Source: Malacoraja senta (taxonomy: Eukaryota). From it: a DNA stretch of 64,000 nucleotides. The stretch covers positions 7,194,001 to 7,258,000 of the forward strand of contig CM075997.1 in assembly GCA_038087875.1 (NCBI GenBank), in the 5' to 3' direction. The notes under the pieces are model-generated. The model searched no databases. It was not told where the DNA came from and was given only the letters and a program-made list of their open reading frames with translations. Within the stretch, counting starts at the first letter, position 1; each line of letters begins with the position of its first letter. Positions 13,162-26,237 of the stretch are shown here, one piece after another. A program made the position numbers and the translations under genes.

Positions 13162-13733
13162 ACATAGAAACATAGAAACATAGAAAATAGGTGCAGGAGG
13201 AGGCCATTCGGCCCTTCGAGCCAGCACCGCCATTCATAGCGATCATGGCTGATCGTCCCCAATCAATAACCCGTGCCTGCCTTCTCCCCATGTCCTTTGA
13301 TTCCACCAGCCCCTAGAGCTCTATCTAACTCTCTCTTATTTTGTTGGTTCACATGCTTGAACAATGGTGTTTTATCATTAATGTTTTATTATTATTAATG
13401 TTTAGTGTTTTCTGAGTCATTCGTAACTGTCACTGTATGTCATGTTGTTACTTGTGGGCGGAGCACCAAGGCAAATTCCTTGTATGTGAATACTTGGCCA
13501 ATAAACTTAATTACTTACTTATTTAAATCCATCCAGTGATTTGGCCTCCACTGCCCTCTGTGGCAGGGAATTCCACAAATTCACAACTCTCTGGGTGAAA
13601 ACGTTTTTTTCTCACCTCAGTAGAATAAATGGCCTCCCCTTTATTCTAAGACTGTGGCCCCTGGTTCTGGACTCGCCCAACATTGGGAACATTTTTCCTG
13701 CATCTAGCTTGTCCAGTCCTTTTATAATTTTAT
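13162..13733 (-). mobile_element. CR1 3' fragment, interrupted (~13337-13521) by the 3' UTR of another LINE
   Basis: (ttctatgt)n tail; CR1 sequence resumes after an insert ending aataaac-(ttac)n. Confidence 0.85.
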
Positions 13734-14004
13734 ATTTTAAACCTGCTGCGTTTCTGCTCACACTTGTAACGATGCACTTCGCGAACTGGTGAGAAATCTT
13801 GGTACATCTTCAAGATTATTTGAGATCAATTAATTTGATGAGAGCTTGTTACTGCCCAGTCGAAATGCCCTGTACTTCGGAGTTGTAAGTCCATAAGCAG
13901 AATAGCTTTCATGAGGTTAATTATAACCAAGTTAACCAACTGAAACTAGTATCCTGAGAAGTTATTAATATGCACAATAAATCATGCTTTATTATTCAAA
14001 TTTT

Positions 14005-14310
14005 TGTTTTAGTTTAGAAATACAGCGCAGAAACAGGCCCTTCGGCCCACCGAGTCCGTGCCGACCAGCGATCCCCTCACATTAACACTATCCTACACAC
14101 AAGAAGGACAATTTACATTTATACCAAGTCAATTGACCTACAAACCTGTACGTTTTAGGAGTGTGGGAGGAAACCGGAGCGCCCGGAGAAAACCCATGCG
14201 GTCACGGGGAGAACGTACAAACTCCGTACAGACAGCACCTCAGGATCGAACCCGGGACCCGGGTCTCTGGCGCCGTGAGGCAGCAACTCTACCGCTGCGC
14301 CACCATTCCG
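14005..14310 (-). mobile_element. V-SINE
   Basis: Complete head, core and tail on the minus strand. Confidence 0.88.
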
Positions 14311-14599
14311 CCATGAATTAAAATTTAGTCATCTTTAGCCTCTGTCTCTGGGAAGAGGCAGAACTCTTTGCGGCTGTGAATCCCAGCGGGTTGCCATAGT
14401 TACTTGAGGCAACCAGAGAACAATGAAGGACACAAAGTGCTGGAGTGACTCAGTGGGTCAGGAGTTACTCCAGCACTTTGTTTTTTTCTCAAGATTCCAG
14501 CATCTGCAGTTCCTTGTGTCTCCTCCAGCAGTTTGTATTTTGTTCCAGATTCCAGCAGCTTGGATTTCTCTGTCTGCATGGTTTCAACCTGGTGCGTGC

Positions 14600-15435
14600 C
14601 CCCCTCCACTCACCCCCCTCCTCTCTCACCCCCTCCTCTCTCACCCCCTCTCTCTCCCCCCCTCTCTCTCCTCCCCCTCCCTCCCTCTCTCACCCCCCTC
14701 TCCCTCCCCTATCTCTCCCCCCTCTCTCTCCTCCCCCCTCTCTCTCCCCCTCTCTCCCCCTCTCTCACCCCTCTCTCCCCCCTCTCTCACCCCCCTCTCT
14801 CACCCCCTCTCTCTCCCTCTCTCTCCCCCCTCTCTCTCCCCCCGCCTTTCTCTCCCCACCCTCTCTCCCCCCCTCTCTAACCCCCCTCTCCCTCCCCCTA
14901 TCTCCCCCCCTCTCTCTCCTCCACCCTCTCTCCCCCCATCTCTCACCCCCCTCTCCCTCCCCCTCTATCTCTCCCCCCCTCTCTCTCCCCCTCTATCTCT
15001 CCCCCCTCTCTCTCCTCCCCCCTCTCTCCCCCCTCTCTCCCCCTCTCTCACCCCTCTCCCACCCCTCTCCCCCCTCTCTCTCCCCCCTCTCTCTCCCCCC
15101 TCTCTCTCCCCCCTCTCTCACCCCCCTCTCTCACCCCATCTCTCTCCCCCCTCTCTCCCCCTCTCTCTCTCCCCACCTCTCTCTCCCCTCCCTCTCTCTC
15201 ACCACCCTCTCTCCCCCCGCTCTCACCCCCCTCTCTCCTCCCCCTCTCTCTCCCCTACCTCTCCCCCCTCTCTCTCCCTCCCTCTATCTTCCCCCCTCCC
15301 CCCTCTCTCACCCCCTCCCCCTCTCCTCCTCCTCTCTCTCCCCCTCTCCCCCCCTCTCTCTCCCCCCTATCTCTCCCCCTCTCTCCCCCTCTCTCTCCCC
15401 TCCTTCTCTCCCCCCCCACTCTCTCACCCCCCTCT
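14600..15435. repeat. Low-complexity polypyrimidine (C/CT) tract
   Basis: ~830 bp of almost only C and T. Confidence 0.95.
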
Positions 15436-15543
15436 GTGTGTGGGTGGGGGGTGGTTAGTGTGTGTGTGATGCCGCAGGCCTCCCCCCCCCTCCCGCAATC
15501 GCTCGTTGAGGGGATGGGACCCAACGGGTCCCACTCGGTCTAG
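15436..15543 (+). mobile_element. Helitron-like 3' terminus
   Basis: Hairpin TGGGACCC-AAC-GGGTCCCA (15515-15533), 6 nt upstream of CTAG|T. Confidence 0.55.
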
Positions 15544-15726
15544 TTATCTTTAATAATAGAATTCAGGATACTTCTGCAGTTAACTTTATGACGCAGCCCT
15601 GTTACCAGGGGGAGGAGATTTGATTGTGTCGGAAGGAACTACAGACGCTGGTTTACACCGAAGATAGACATAAAAAGCTGGAGTAACTCTGCGGGACAGG
15701 CAGCATCTCTGGAAAAAGGAATAGGT

Positions 15727-15754
15727 GACGTTTCGGGTCGAGACCCTTCTTCAG
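15727..15754 (-). ncRNA. Minimal hammerhead-ribozyme-like motif in a Penelope pLTR (representative copy)
   Basis: Minus strand CTGAAGA-A-GGGTC-TC-GACCC-GAAAC-GTC: CUGANGA box, stem II, GAAA box, NUH triplet; stem I weak. Confidence 0.6.
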
Positions 15755-15929
15755 ACTGAGAGTCAGGGGAGAGGGAACAGAGAGATAGAAGATCAAGAGA
15801 TATAGAACAAATGAACGAAATATATGCAAAAAGACAGATCAAAAGCAGCAGCGACGATCAGGGGAGAGGTGGAGCCCACAATGGTCCATTGTTGGCTGTG
15901 GGGAAGATGAGAACAAGTAATAGAATAAA

Positions 15930-16105
15930 ATTTAAAAAAACATTGAAAACATTTAAAAACACACAAACTGTTCCCCGCGACGCCCATTACACTGCGAGAG
16001 GTCGGGGTTTTCTGAAATGGCGGAAGTTATGCTCCGGTGCATACTACACGTCAGTCCATTGTATTTCGCAGGAGTGGACCATCTTGCTCTGCTCTAAGAT
16101 CTTTG
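15930..16105 (-). mobile_element. Truncated copy of the hAT-type element
   Basis: Ends ggagtggaccatcttgctctgctctaagatctttg, matching the TIR at 11949. Confidence 0.65.
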
Positions 16106-16190
16106 ATCGTATAGTGGTGTATAAGATCATGAGGGTAGTAGATAGGGAGGATGCACAGTCTTTTACCCAGAGTAGGGGAATCAAGAACGA

Positions 16191-16390
16191 NNNNNNNNNN
16201 NNNNNNNNNNNNNNNNNNNNNNNNNNNNNNNNNNNNNNNNNNNNNNNNNNNNNNNNNNNNNNNNNNNNNNNNNNNNNNNNNNNNNNNNNNNNNNNNNNNN
16301 NNNNNNNNNNNNNNNNNNNNNNNNNNNNNNNNNNNNNNNNNNNNNNNNNNNNNNNNNNNNNNNNNNNNNNNNNNNNNNNNNNNNNNNNNN
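16191..16390. other. Assembly gap (200 N)
   Basis: Run of N. Confidence 1.
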
Positions 16391-16638
16391 CTAGACCAGG
16401 TACTAAAGATAGACACAAAGTGCTGGAGCAACTCAGCGGGACAGGCAGCATCTCTGGAGAGAAGGAATGGGTGATGTTTCGGGTCGAGACCCTTCTTCAG
16501 ACTTCTTGTCACTGATCAGGTTAAGTCTGCTCTCCAGTTATGGAGTGGTGAGATTTGAATAAATTAAATTATGAATGGTGTTAATTAGCAGAGCTTTTAC
16601 AGATTGGCTTCTGTTCTGATTAGTGTCTGGAACTGCAA

Positions 16639-16829
16639 AGGGCCTGTCCCACTTGGGCATCATTTGCACGTCATTTACGCGACATAACTTATGCATTACG
16701 CGCGCATGGTGCGTGGTGACGTAGGCAGTGACGCGCGGTCGCGCGAGGCGCCCCAGGATTTTGGGATGTACAAAATCTTCGCGCGCCATCTGCGTGAACC
16801 GCAAATGATGCCCAAGTGGGACAGGCCCT
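16639..16829. mobile_element. PIF/Harbinger-type MITE
   Basis: agggcctgtcccacttgggcatcatttgc / gcaaatgatgcccaagtgggacaggccct|taa. Confidence 0.88.
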
Positions 16830-17103
16830 TAACTCATCCAGTGGAGGCACTTATGATCTCTCATTCAATGTTGTCAATGTTCAAAGCAAAAATACTGGGA
16901 ATTCTTGCTTTCAATGTATTTCTTTGGGATGCATTGCGTGCAGTTCTGGTGTATTACGAGTTCCGGAGTTTGTAGATGGACACTAAAAGCTTCAGCTTTT
17001 TGTCACTATCTTCGATTTAAACCAGCATTTGCAGATCATTCTTACACATTTCGTCTGGAGTTTGCAGTATTGCCTCAGATTCAATGGACGCTCCATTACA
17101 GGA

Positions 17104-17483
17104 AGGATAGTGAAAGGCTTGGATAGAGTGGATGTGGAGAGGATGTTTCCACTAGTGGGAGAGCCCAGGACCAGAGGTCACAGCCTCAGAATTAAAGGGC
17201 GTTCCTTTAGGAAGGAGATGAGGAGGAATTTCTTTAGTCAGAGGGTGGTGAATCCGTGGAATTCTTTGCCACAGAAGGCTGTGGAGGCCAAGCCAGTGGA
17301 TATTTTTAAGGCAGAGATAGACAGATTCTTGATTGTTACGAGTGCCAGGGGTTACGGGGAGAAGGCAGGAGAATGGGGTTGGGAGGGAGAGATAGATCAG
17401 CTATGATTGAATGGCGGAGTAGACTCTATGGGCCGAATGGCCTTATACTGCTGCTATCACTTATGACCTTGTGACCTTATGAC
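17104..17483 (+). mobile_element. CR1 3' fragment
   Basis: KGLDRVDVERMFPLVGEPRTRGHSLRIKG... Confidence 0.88.
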
Positions 17484-18129
17484 CACTCCGTCATACTAGT
17501 CTTTGTTGACTACCGTTGTGCCACCATGCAGCATCGGTTGCCTTGTCGGATGTGAATGGGATTGTAACCAAACCCAACTCACCCCTAACCACTGTCCACA
17601 TGAACAACGTCAGCTATTTATACAGTGCGGTTAGATCATAAGACCATCATGTTCACAAGTGATAGGACCTTCTCCTTGTTACACTGTGACCACAAGGGTT
17701 TTCTCCTGGTGCTCCGGTTTCCCCCCACAACCCAAAGACGTACAGGTTTGTAGGCTAATTAGCTTGGTATAAGTGAAAGTTGTCCCGAGTGTGTGTAGGA
17801 TAGTGTTAGTGTGCGGGGATCGATTGTCAGTGTGGACTCGGTGGGCTGAAGGGCCTGTTTCCATGCTGTATCTCGAAAACTAAACTAAACGAAACTAAAT
17901 GAGTTAGGGGGAGGGTTGAGATGGAAGGGAGTCCATCGGGACTATTTTGAATACTTTTGTAACTACATTGCCACCCTTAATGTGGCCACTATTTGCATAC
18001 CTGTGTATTGTACGCAAAACATAGAATACACTGTACCAAGTATATGCGACAATAAAGTATCAATCAATCAATCCATAAACTAAACTAAACTAACTAAACT
18101 AAACTGAACTAAATAGTGAATACTAATAA

Positions 18130-18519
18130 AGCCCCTGTCCCACTTAGGAGCCTAAACAGCAACCTCTGTTGACGTTGCCCGCCACCCAAAAAAAAATCAA
18201 GGTGGAGGTGACCTGCAACCTCCTACCACCTCCCACGCACATGTTGAAAACCTTCCTCGACTATGAAGAAAACCGGCTTCGACTAGACCTGCGATTAAAA
18301 AGTGATCGATGTTTAAAACGGCAACCTATTTTTAGTCGAGGCCGGTTTTAAACATGATGAAAAAATAGCAGCAACCTAGATGAAGCCTCGACCACGCGGA
18401 AACCACTTTCGACCATTAGGGGAGAGTGACCAAAACCTCCAGTGACCTCATGGAAACCTTGGGTGGCGGGCAAGGTCACCAGAGATTGCTGTTTAGGTCT
18501 CCAAAGTGGGACAGGGGCT
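18130..18519. mobile_element. PIF/Harbinger-type MITE
   Basis: TIRs agcccctgtcccac / gtgggacaggggct; TAA TSD on both sides. Confidence 0.9.
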
Positions 18520-19716
18520 TAAACCCCCACAATCTCTACCCAGCTGGGAACGTATGTGGGGGGAAATCTCAGCAAAGTTTGGCTCGATGTAGGAGAACCT
18601 TGACATGTGAGGAGTGAGTCTAATGCATGACCAGAAAGTGGTTCCCCATATCTGTGCAGGAAGGAACTGCAGATGCTGGTTTACAGCCCGAAGATAGACA
18701 ATGAATGCTGGAGTAACTCAGCGGGACAGGCAGCATCTCTGGAGAAAAGCAATAGGCGACGCTACTGGTCTGAAGTTACGGGGACAGTTTCTTCCCAGCT
18801 GTTATCAGGCAACTGAACCATCCTACCACAACCAGAGAGCAGTCCTAAACTACTATATACCTCATTGGTGACTCTCAGACTATCCTTTAAGAAAGAACCA
18901 CAGATGCTGAAAAAATCGAAGGTAGACAAAAATGCTGAAAGAACTCAGCGGGTGAGGCAGCATCTATGGAGAGAAGGAAATAGGTGACGTGTCTCATCCT
19001 GACCTTGAAGGGTCTTGACCCGAAACATCACCAATTCCTTCTCTCCACAGATGCTGCCTCATAACATTGAGTTTCTCCAGTATTTTTGACTACCTTGCAC
19101 TATCCTTGATCGGACTTTGCTGGCTTTACCTTGCACTAAACGTTATTCCCTTATCACGTATCTGTACACTGAAATAGATCGATTGTAATCATGCATTGTC
19201 TTTCCACTGACTGGTTAGCATGCAACAAAAAGCTTTTCACTGTACCTCGGTACCACGTGACAATAAACTAAACTGAACTGAAGCTGAACAGAACTGAAGG
19301 AGGGTCTCGACCCGAAACGTCACGCATTCCTTCTCTCCAGAGATGCTGCCTGACCCGCTGAGTTACTCCAGCATTTTGTGTCTATCACTGGTCACATCTG
19401 CCTGATAGAGTGAGATGTTATCCAGATGTTAGTGCTGGCTGGAGTTAAGACCCTACTTATGACAATGCTCTTTAAATGAAAGAGGATTTATCTGGTTAAG
19501 CTTTAAAGTGCAATTTAGTTCTGTAATTACTGCCGAAAATCAGATAATTCCACCACAAATACGAATGATCAGCGATTATTTTTTTCTCTGGCTGGTTAAC
19601 CGGTTATTGAATACATGTTGGCCTTTATTCAATATGCGGTCACAGGGAGAACGTTGAACAAGGACAATGATCGATTGTATATTGTGCCATACTCCCCAGA
19701 GAATATTTATAGAGAC

Positions 19717-20165
19717 ACAGAGTCATAGAGTGATACAGTGTGGAAACAGGCCCTTCGGCCCACGCCAGCCAACATGTCCCAGATGCACTAGTCTCACCTG
19801 TCTGCGTTTGGCCCATATCCCTCCAAACCTGTCCTATCCATGTACCTGTCTAACTGTTTCTTAAATGTTGTGATAGTTCCAGCCTCAACTACCTCCTCTG
19901 GCAGCTTTTTCCAAACACCCACCACCCTTTGTGTGAAACATTTACCCCTCAGATTCCTATTAAATCTTTTCCCCTTCACCTTGAACCTATGTCCTCTGGT
20001 CCTCAATTCCCCTACTCTGGGCAAGAGATTCAGTGCATCTACCCGATCTATTCCTCTCATGATTTTATACACTTCTATAAGATCTCCCCTCATCCTCCTG
20101 CGCTCCAAGGAATTGAGACCCGGCCTACTCAACCTCTCCCTAAATTTAGCTCCCTCCCGATATCA
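19717..20165 (-). mobile_element. CR1 3' fragment
   Basis: RRMRGDLIEVYKIMRG...KKQLDRYM. Confidence 0.9.
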
Positions 20166-20249
20166 TTGAAGGGATTGTTAGGGGAAACCAATTAAGGGCG
20201 GCACTGTGGCGCAGTGGTAGAGTCATTGCCTCACAGCGCCAGAGACCCT

Positions 20250-21745
20250 GTTGGAATTCTTTGAAGAAGTAAATAGTAGGACAGACAAAGGAGAGTCGGA
20301 GATGTCGGTAGGCTTGTATTCACTGGAGTTTAGAAGGATGAGGGGAGATCTTATAGAAACATATAAAATTATAAAAGGACTGGACAAGCTAGATGCAGGA
20401 AAAATGTTCCCAATGTTGGGCGAGTCCAGAACCAGGGGCCACAGTCTTAGAATAAAGGGGAGGCCATTTAAGACTGAGGTGAGAAAAACCTTTTTCACCC
20501 AGAGAGTTGTGAATTTGTGGAATTCCCTGCCACAGAGGGCAGTGGAGGCCAAATCACTGGATGGATTTAAGAGAGAGTTAGATGGAGCTCTAGGGGCTAG
20601 TGGAGTCAAGGGATATGTGGAGAAGGCAGGCACAGGTTATTGATTGGGGACGATCAGCCATGATCGCAATGAATGGTGGTGCTGGCTCGAAGGGCCGAAT
20701 GGCCTCCTACTGCACCTATTTTCTATGTAATCTATCTATCTCTATCTATTTTGTTCACCTCGTTTTTTCAGAAAGCCTTTGACAAGGTGCCTCACGTGAG
20801 GCTGCTAAGGAAGATGAGAGCTCACGGTATCAGAAGGCAGATACCAGCATGGATGGCAGGTTGGCTGGATGGCAGAAGGCAAAGAGTGGCAATAAAGTGG
20901 GCTATTTCTGGTTGGCTGCCAGTGACTAGCGGAGTTCCGCAAGGCTTAGTGCTGGGACCGCTACTCTTCACGTTGATTAATGTTTTGGACGAGGGGATTG
21001 AAGGCTTTGTGGCCAGGCTTGCAGATAATACAAAAATAGGTGGAGGGGCAGGTAGTGTAGAGATAGCAGATGGAATATAGTGTAGCAAAGTGTGGAGTCA
21101 TGCATTTTGGTAGCAAGAATAAAGGCGTAGACTATTTTCCATAGGGGGAGAGAATCCAGAAATCAGAGGTGCAAAGGGACTTGGGATCACTGGTGCAGGA
21201 TTCCCACAAACTTAATCTGCAAGTCGAATTGGTAGTAAAGAAAGCAAACGCAATGCTGGCATTTATTTCCAGAGGGCTTGTGTACAAAAACAGGGATGTA
21301 ATGCTGAGGCTTTATAAGGCGCTGTTCAGGCTGCATTTGGAGTATGGTGAGCAATTTTGGGCACAATATCTGGGGAAGGATGTGCTGGCTCTGGAGAGGG
21401 TCCAGAGGAGGTTTACAAGAATGATCCCAGGAATGAGTGGGTTAACATATGATGAGTGTTTGTCGGCACTGGGCCTGTACCCGCTGGAGTTTAGAAGGAT
21501 GGGAGGGGATCTCATTGAAACTTACCAAATAGTAAAAGGCCTGGATAGAGTGGATGTGGAGAGGATGTTTCCACTAGTGGAAGAGTCTAGGACAAGAGGT
21601 CACAGCCTCAGAATTAAAGGACATCCCTTTAGGAAGGAGATGAGGTGAAATAGTTTTAGTCGGAGGGTGGTGAATCTGTTGAATTCATTGCCATAGAAGG
21701 CTGTGGAGGCCAAGTCAATGGATTTTTGTATGGGAGAGATACATA
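20250..21745 (+). mobile_element. Two adjacent CR1 fragments including a degraded RT-domain segment
   Basis: FQKAFDKVPH..LL.K, SGVPQGLVLGPLLF and ADNTK (FADDTK-like) RT motifs with frameshifts; C-terminal motifs. Confidence 0.9.
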
Positions 21746-21847
21746 GATACCTGAGCTACAAAACCCACGCAGGTCATGGGGAGAACGTGCAAACTCCGTA
21801 CAGACAGCAGGATCGAAACCGTGTCTCTGGCACTGCAAGAGCTGTAA

Positions 21848-22055
21848 AGGGCCTGTCCCACTTAGGCATCGTTTGCGCGTCATTTACGCGACATAATTTA
21901 CGCATCACGAGGCACGACGCGCGCTGCGTGATGCGCGCATGGCGTGCATTACGCGCGCATGGTGTGCATTACGCGCGCATGGTGCGTGGTGACGTAGGCA
22001 GTGATGCGCGGTCACCTGCGTGACGCGCAAATGACACCCAAGTGGGACAGGCCCT
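21848..22055. mobile_element. PIF/Harbinger-type MITE inserted in a V-SINE
   Basis: taa|agggcctgtcccac ... gtgggacaggccct|taa; SINE gctgtaa/ggcagc resumes. Confidence 0.92.
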
Positions 22056-22544
22056 TAAGGCAGCAACTCCACCGCTGCGCCACCGTGCCGCCTGAATGTT
22101 CTTTAGATACTGCGTGGAAACAGGCCCTTCGGTCCACCGAGTCCGCACCAACCATCAATCAACCCCGTAACCTAATTCCACCCTACTCACACTGGGGACT
22201 ATTCTCTGAAGCCAATCAAGCTACAAAAGTGCATACCTTTGTAATGTGGGAGGAAACCCATAACGCCCGGAGAAAACCCACAGGATCACACGGAGAACGT
22301 ACAAACTCTGTGCAGACAGGGTCTAAAGAAGGACCTCGAGCCAAAATGTCACCTCTGCCTTTTCTCCAGAATGCTGCCTGACCCGCTGAGTTACTCCAGC
22401 ACTTTGTGCCAATCTACCTGTAGTTAGGTCCGAACCCGGTTCTCTGGCGCTGTAAGGCAACAACTCTACCGCTGTACTGCCACCGTGCTGCCCTGTGTGC
22501 ATGGCGTGTGCATGTACATACACACGTGTGTGTATATCAACGAA

Positions 22545-23180
22545 GGAATGAATGATATTTTATTGTCACGTGACAAGTCACAATGATATTCTTTGCTTTG
22601 TGTACCCAAGGTATGCAAAGAGTCGCCACATAAAGGGCGCCGTAAGTTACAAAGTATTTCCATTTTAACTCTAACTATTTTTAACACGTTCCTTTTGTCT
22701 CCCCCACCTCGGGTCTTCCTTTGTTCTCGGCAGCGCGTACGATCGTGGACCATTCTCGACCACCAGACCAGACCAAACTTCTCACCGGCCCGACCTTCGC
22801 ACCAGCCCGACCTTCTCATGGGCCCGACCTTCTTGCCCGACCTCCACACCAGCCCTAACGCGACCACTGACCACCGGCCTGACCTTGACCAACGGCCCCC
22901 TCATCGATCGCCGGCCCGTCCACTTCGACTTGAGTTAGAAAGAGCTCTTAAGGATAGTGGAGTTAAGGGATATGGAGAGATGGCAGGAACGGGGTACTGA
23001 TTGTGGATGATCAGCCATCATCACATTGAATGGCGGTGCTGGCTCGAAGGGCCGAATGGCCTACTCCTGCACCTATTGTCTATTGTCTATTGACTGCCGC
23101 TGCCGAGTCCACCCCTGACCCCTCTGTGGTGCCGATCTAGGCACTGGCCGCGCGGACCCTCCTCCCAGCCTCCCCCCGGA
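22545..23180 (-). mobile_element. GC-rich non-autonomous retroelement fragment, interrupted by a CR1 tail
   Basis: Minus-strand gtgacaataaa + (attc)n tail; CR1 tail at ~22930-23093. Confidence 0.45.
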
Positions 23181-23264
23181 ATATAACCAAGTGGTCAAGT
23201 ACATCTGCACCCCATGTTGTTTCCTGTCTTCATTGAATCAAGCAGAAACATAGAAAATAGAAAC

Positions 23265-23760
23265 ATATTCTTGCTATTGAGGGAGTGCAGCGTAGGTTCA
23301 CCAGGTTAATTCCTGGGATGGCAGGACTGACATATGATGAATGAATGGGTCGCCTGGGCTTATGTTCACTGGAATTTAGAAAGATTAGAGGGGATCTTAT
23401 AGAAATGTAAAATTCTTAAGGGATTGGACAGGCTAGATCCAGTAAAAATGTTGGGGGAGTCCAGAACCAGGGGTCACAGTTTAAGAATAATGGGTCGGCC
23501 ATTCAAGACTGAGATGAGGAAAAACGTTTTCACCCAGAGAGTTGTGAATCTGTGGAATTCTCTGCCACAGAAGACAGTGGAGGCCGATTCACTGGATGTT
23601 TTCAAGAGAGAGTTGGATATGGCTCTTGGGGCTACCAGAATAATGGGATAGGGGGAGAAAGCAGGAACGGGGTACTGGTTTTGCAAGATCAGCCATGATC
23701 ACGTTGAATGGCAGTGCTGGCTCGAAGGCCTACTCCTGCACCTATTTCCTATGTTTCTAT
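23265..23760 (+). mobile_element. CR1 3' fragment
   Basis: ILAIEGVQRRFTRLIPG...; (ttctatgt) tail. Confidence 0.88.
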
Positions 23761-24519
23761 GAATCATGTAACTATCTTCCTAACGTTTTCACCGCGTTTA
23801 TTCGCCGCGCCTGTGATAAATGCTTCGGGTCTTAAGCGCTATCGGTTATAATTGAACGGCAAGCAGAGGTCTCTCCTCCCCAGGTCTATTAAGAGTCATG
23901 TACCACCAACTCTAGGCAGAACACTCGATATCGGACGATGGACAGATATTCCCCCAAGCTCAGCCTTTCTTCCCAATGACCTCGTCAGCGTTTTCGCTCA
24001 CAGTGCACCCATTATTAATGGACTTGTCAGCCGCGCAGCTGTATAACGCCAGCACTTGGTGATTAACTATGAAGGCGAACGATGGAGTGGAGATCTTGTT
24101 AATCACAAAGGGACGCACAATAAATAACCTTTGAACCAATCTGGGCCTGTGACTGACAAGCTATCACCCAGTCCCCAGTAACGAGAAATAAATGAACTGG
24201 ATGTCATGACTTTGAATGGTGAGCAGCGTATTAATGTGTAACCGGGCAGTAACTGGGAAATACAGTCACAGAGTGATACAGTGTGGAAACAGGCCCTTCG
24301 GCCCAACTTGCCCACACCGGCCAACATGTCCCAGCTACACTAGTCCCACCTGCCTGCGTTTGGCCCATATCCCTCCAAACCCGTCCTATCCATGTACCCA
24401 TGTCTGAAGAAGGGTTTCGGACATGGCCTATTTCCTTCGCTCCACAGATGCTGCCTCACCCGCTGAGTTTCTCCAGCACTTTTGTCTACTATCCATGTAC
24501 CTGTCTAGCTGTTTATATA

Positions 24520-25035
24520 GGACATTATAGCCATAGAGGGAGTGCAGAGAAGGTTCACCAGACTGATTCCTGGGATGTCAGGACTTTCATATGAAGAAAG
24601 ACTGGATAGACTTGGCTTATACTCGCTAGAATTTAGGAGATTGAGAGGGGATCTTATAGAAACGTACAAAATTCTTATGGGGTTGGACAGGCTAGATGCA
24701 GGAAGATTGTTCCCGATGTTGGGGAAGTCCAGGACAAGGGGTCACAGCTTAAGGATAAGGGGGAAATCCTTTAAGACCGAGATGAGAAAAAACGTTTTCA
24801 CACAGAGAGTGGTGAATCTCTGGAACTCTCTGCCACAGAGGGTAGTTGAGGCCAGTTCATTGGCTATATTTAAGAGGGAGTTAGATGTGGCCCTTGTGGC
24901 TAAAGGGATCAGGGGGTATGGAGAGAAGGCAGGTACGGGATACTGAGTTGGATGATCAGCCATGATCATATTGAATGGCTCGAAGGGCCGAATGGCCTAC
25001 TCCTGCACCTATTTTCTATGTATCTATGTATCTAT
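24520..25035 (+). mobile_element. CR1 3' fragment nested in a minus-strand CR1 (24263-25250)
   Basis: VQRRFTRLIPGMSGLSYEERLDRLGLYSLEFRR...AGTGY. Confidence 0.9.
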
Positions 25036-25834
25036 GTTTCTTTAACGTTGGCAAAGTCCCAGCCTCAACTACCTCCTCTGGCAGCTTGTTCCGTGCACCC
25101 ACCACCCTTTGTGTGAAAAGTTACCCCTCAGATTCCTATTAAATCTTTTCCCCTTCACCTTAAATCTCTGTCCTCTGGGCCTCGATTCACCCACTCTGGG
25201 CAAGAGACTCTGTGCATCTACCCGATCTATTCCTCTCATGATTTTATACAATATATTAAGTATATATGAAATTTTATATTTTAGTCAGAGGGTGGTGAAT
25301 CTGTGGAGTTCTTTGCCATAGAAGGCTATGGAAGCCAAGTCAGTGGATATGTTTAAAGCGGAGATAGATAGATTCTTGATTAGTACGGGTGTCAGGGGTT
25401 ATGAGGAGAAGGCAGGAGAATGGGGTCAGCCATGATTGAATTGCGGAGTAGACGTGATGGGCTGAATGGCCTAAATCTGCTCCTATCGCTTATGACCTTC
25501 GATCAGGGTTCGATCCTGACTACGGGTGCACTCTGTGTGGAGTTTGTATGTTCTCCCTGTGACCACATGGGTTTTCTCCGGGTGTTTCAGTTTCCTCCCA
25601 TACTCCAAAGGCGTGCAGGTTTGTAAGTTAATTGGCCTTTGTAAATTTCCCCTAGTGTGTCGAATTAAAAGGTAGACAAAAGTGCTGGAGAAACTCAGCA
25701 GGTGAGGCAGCATTTATGGAGCGAAGGAAATAGGCAATGTTTCGGGCCGAAACCCTTCTTCAGACCTCAAATTAGAAATCGGGATAACAGAACTAGTGTA
25801 AGGGTGATTGTTGGCCGGCGTGGATGAGGTTGTC

Positions 25835-26237
25835 GTGTTTAATAGCCTGATGGCTGTAGGGAAGAAGCTGTTCCTGAACCTGGACGTTACTGTTTTCAGG
25901 CTACTGTACCTTCTTCCCGATGGCTGTGGTAAGATGAGTGTGTGGCCAGGATGGTGTGGGTCTCTGATGATGTTGGCAGCCTTTTTGAGGCAGCGACTGC
26001 GATAGATCCCTTCGATGGTGGGGAGGTCAGAGCCGATGATGGACTGGGCAGTGTTTACTACTTTCTGCATCCTTTTCCGCTTCTGAACGGTCAAGTTGCC
26101 GAACCAGGCCACGATGCAACCGGCCAGCATGCTCTCTACTGTGCACCTGTAGACGTTCAAGAGAATCCTCTTTGACATACCGACTCTCCGTAATCTTCTC
26201 AGGAAGAAGAGGCGCTGATGTGCTTTCTTTATAATTG
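25835..26237 (-). mobile_element. Rex1/Babar-type LINE RT C-terminal fragment
   Basis: YRCTVESMLAGCIVAWFGN...DPHHPGH...SGRRY...RFRNSFFPTAIRLLN. Confidence 0.85.

Noticed and set aside
14423..15469. 348-aa and 337-aa Pro/Ser/Leu-rich ORFs
   Set aside because: Translations of a C/T low-complexity tract that cannot contain stop codons
15811..16515. ORFs of up to 234 aa
   Set aside because: They span the 200-N gap
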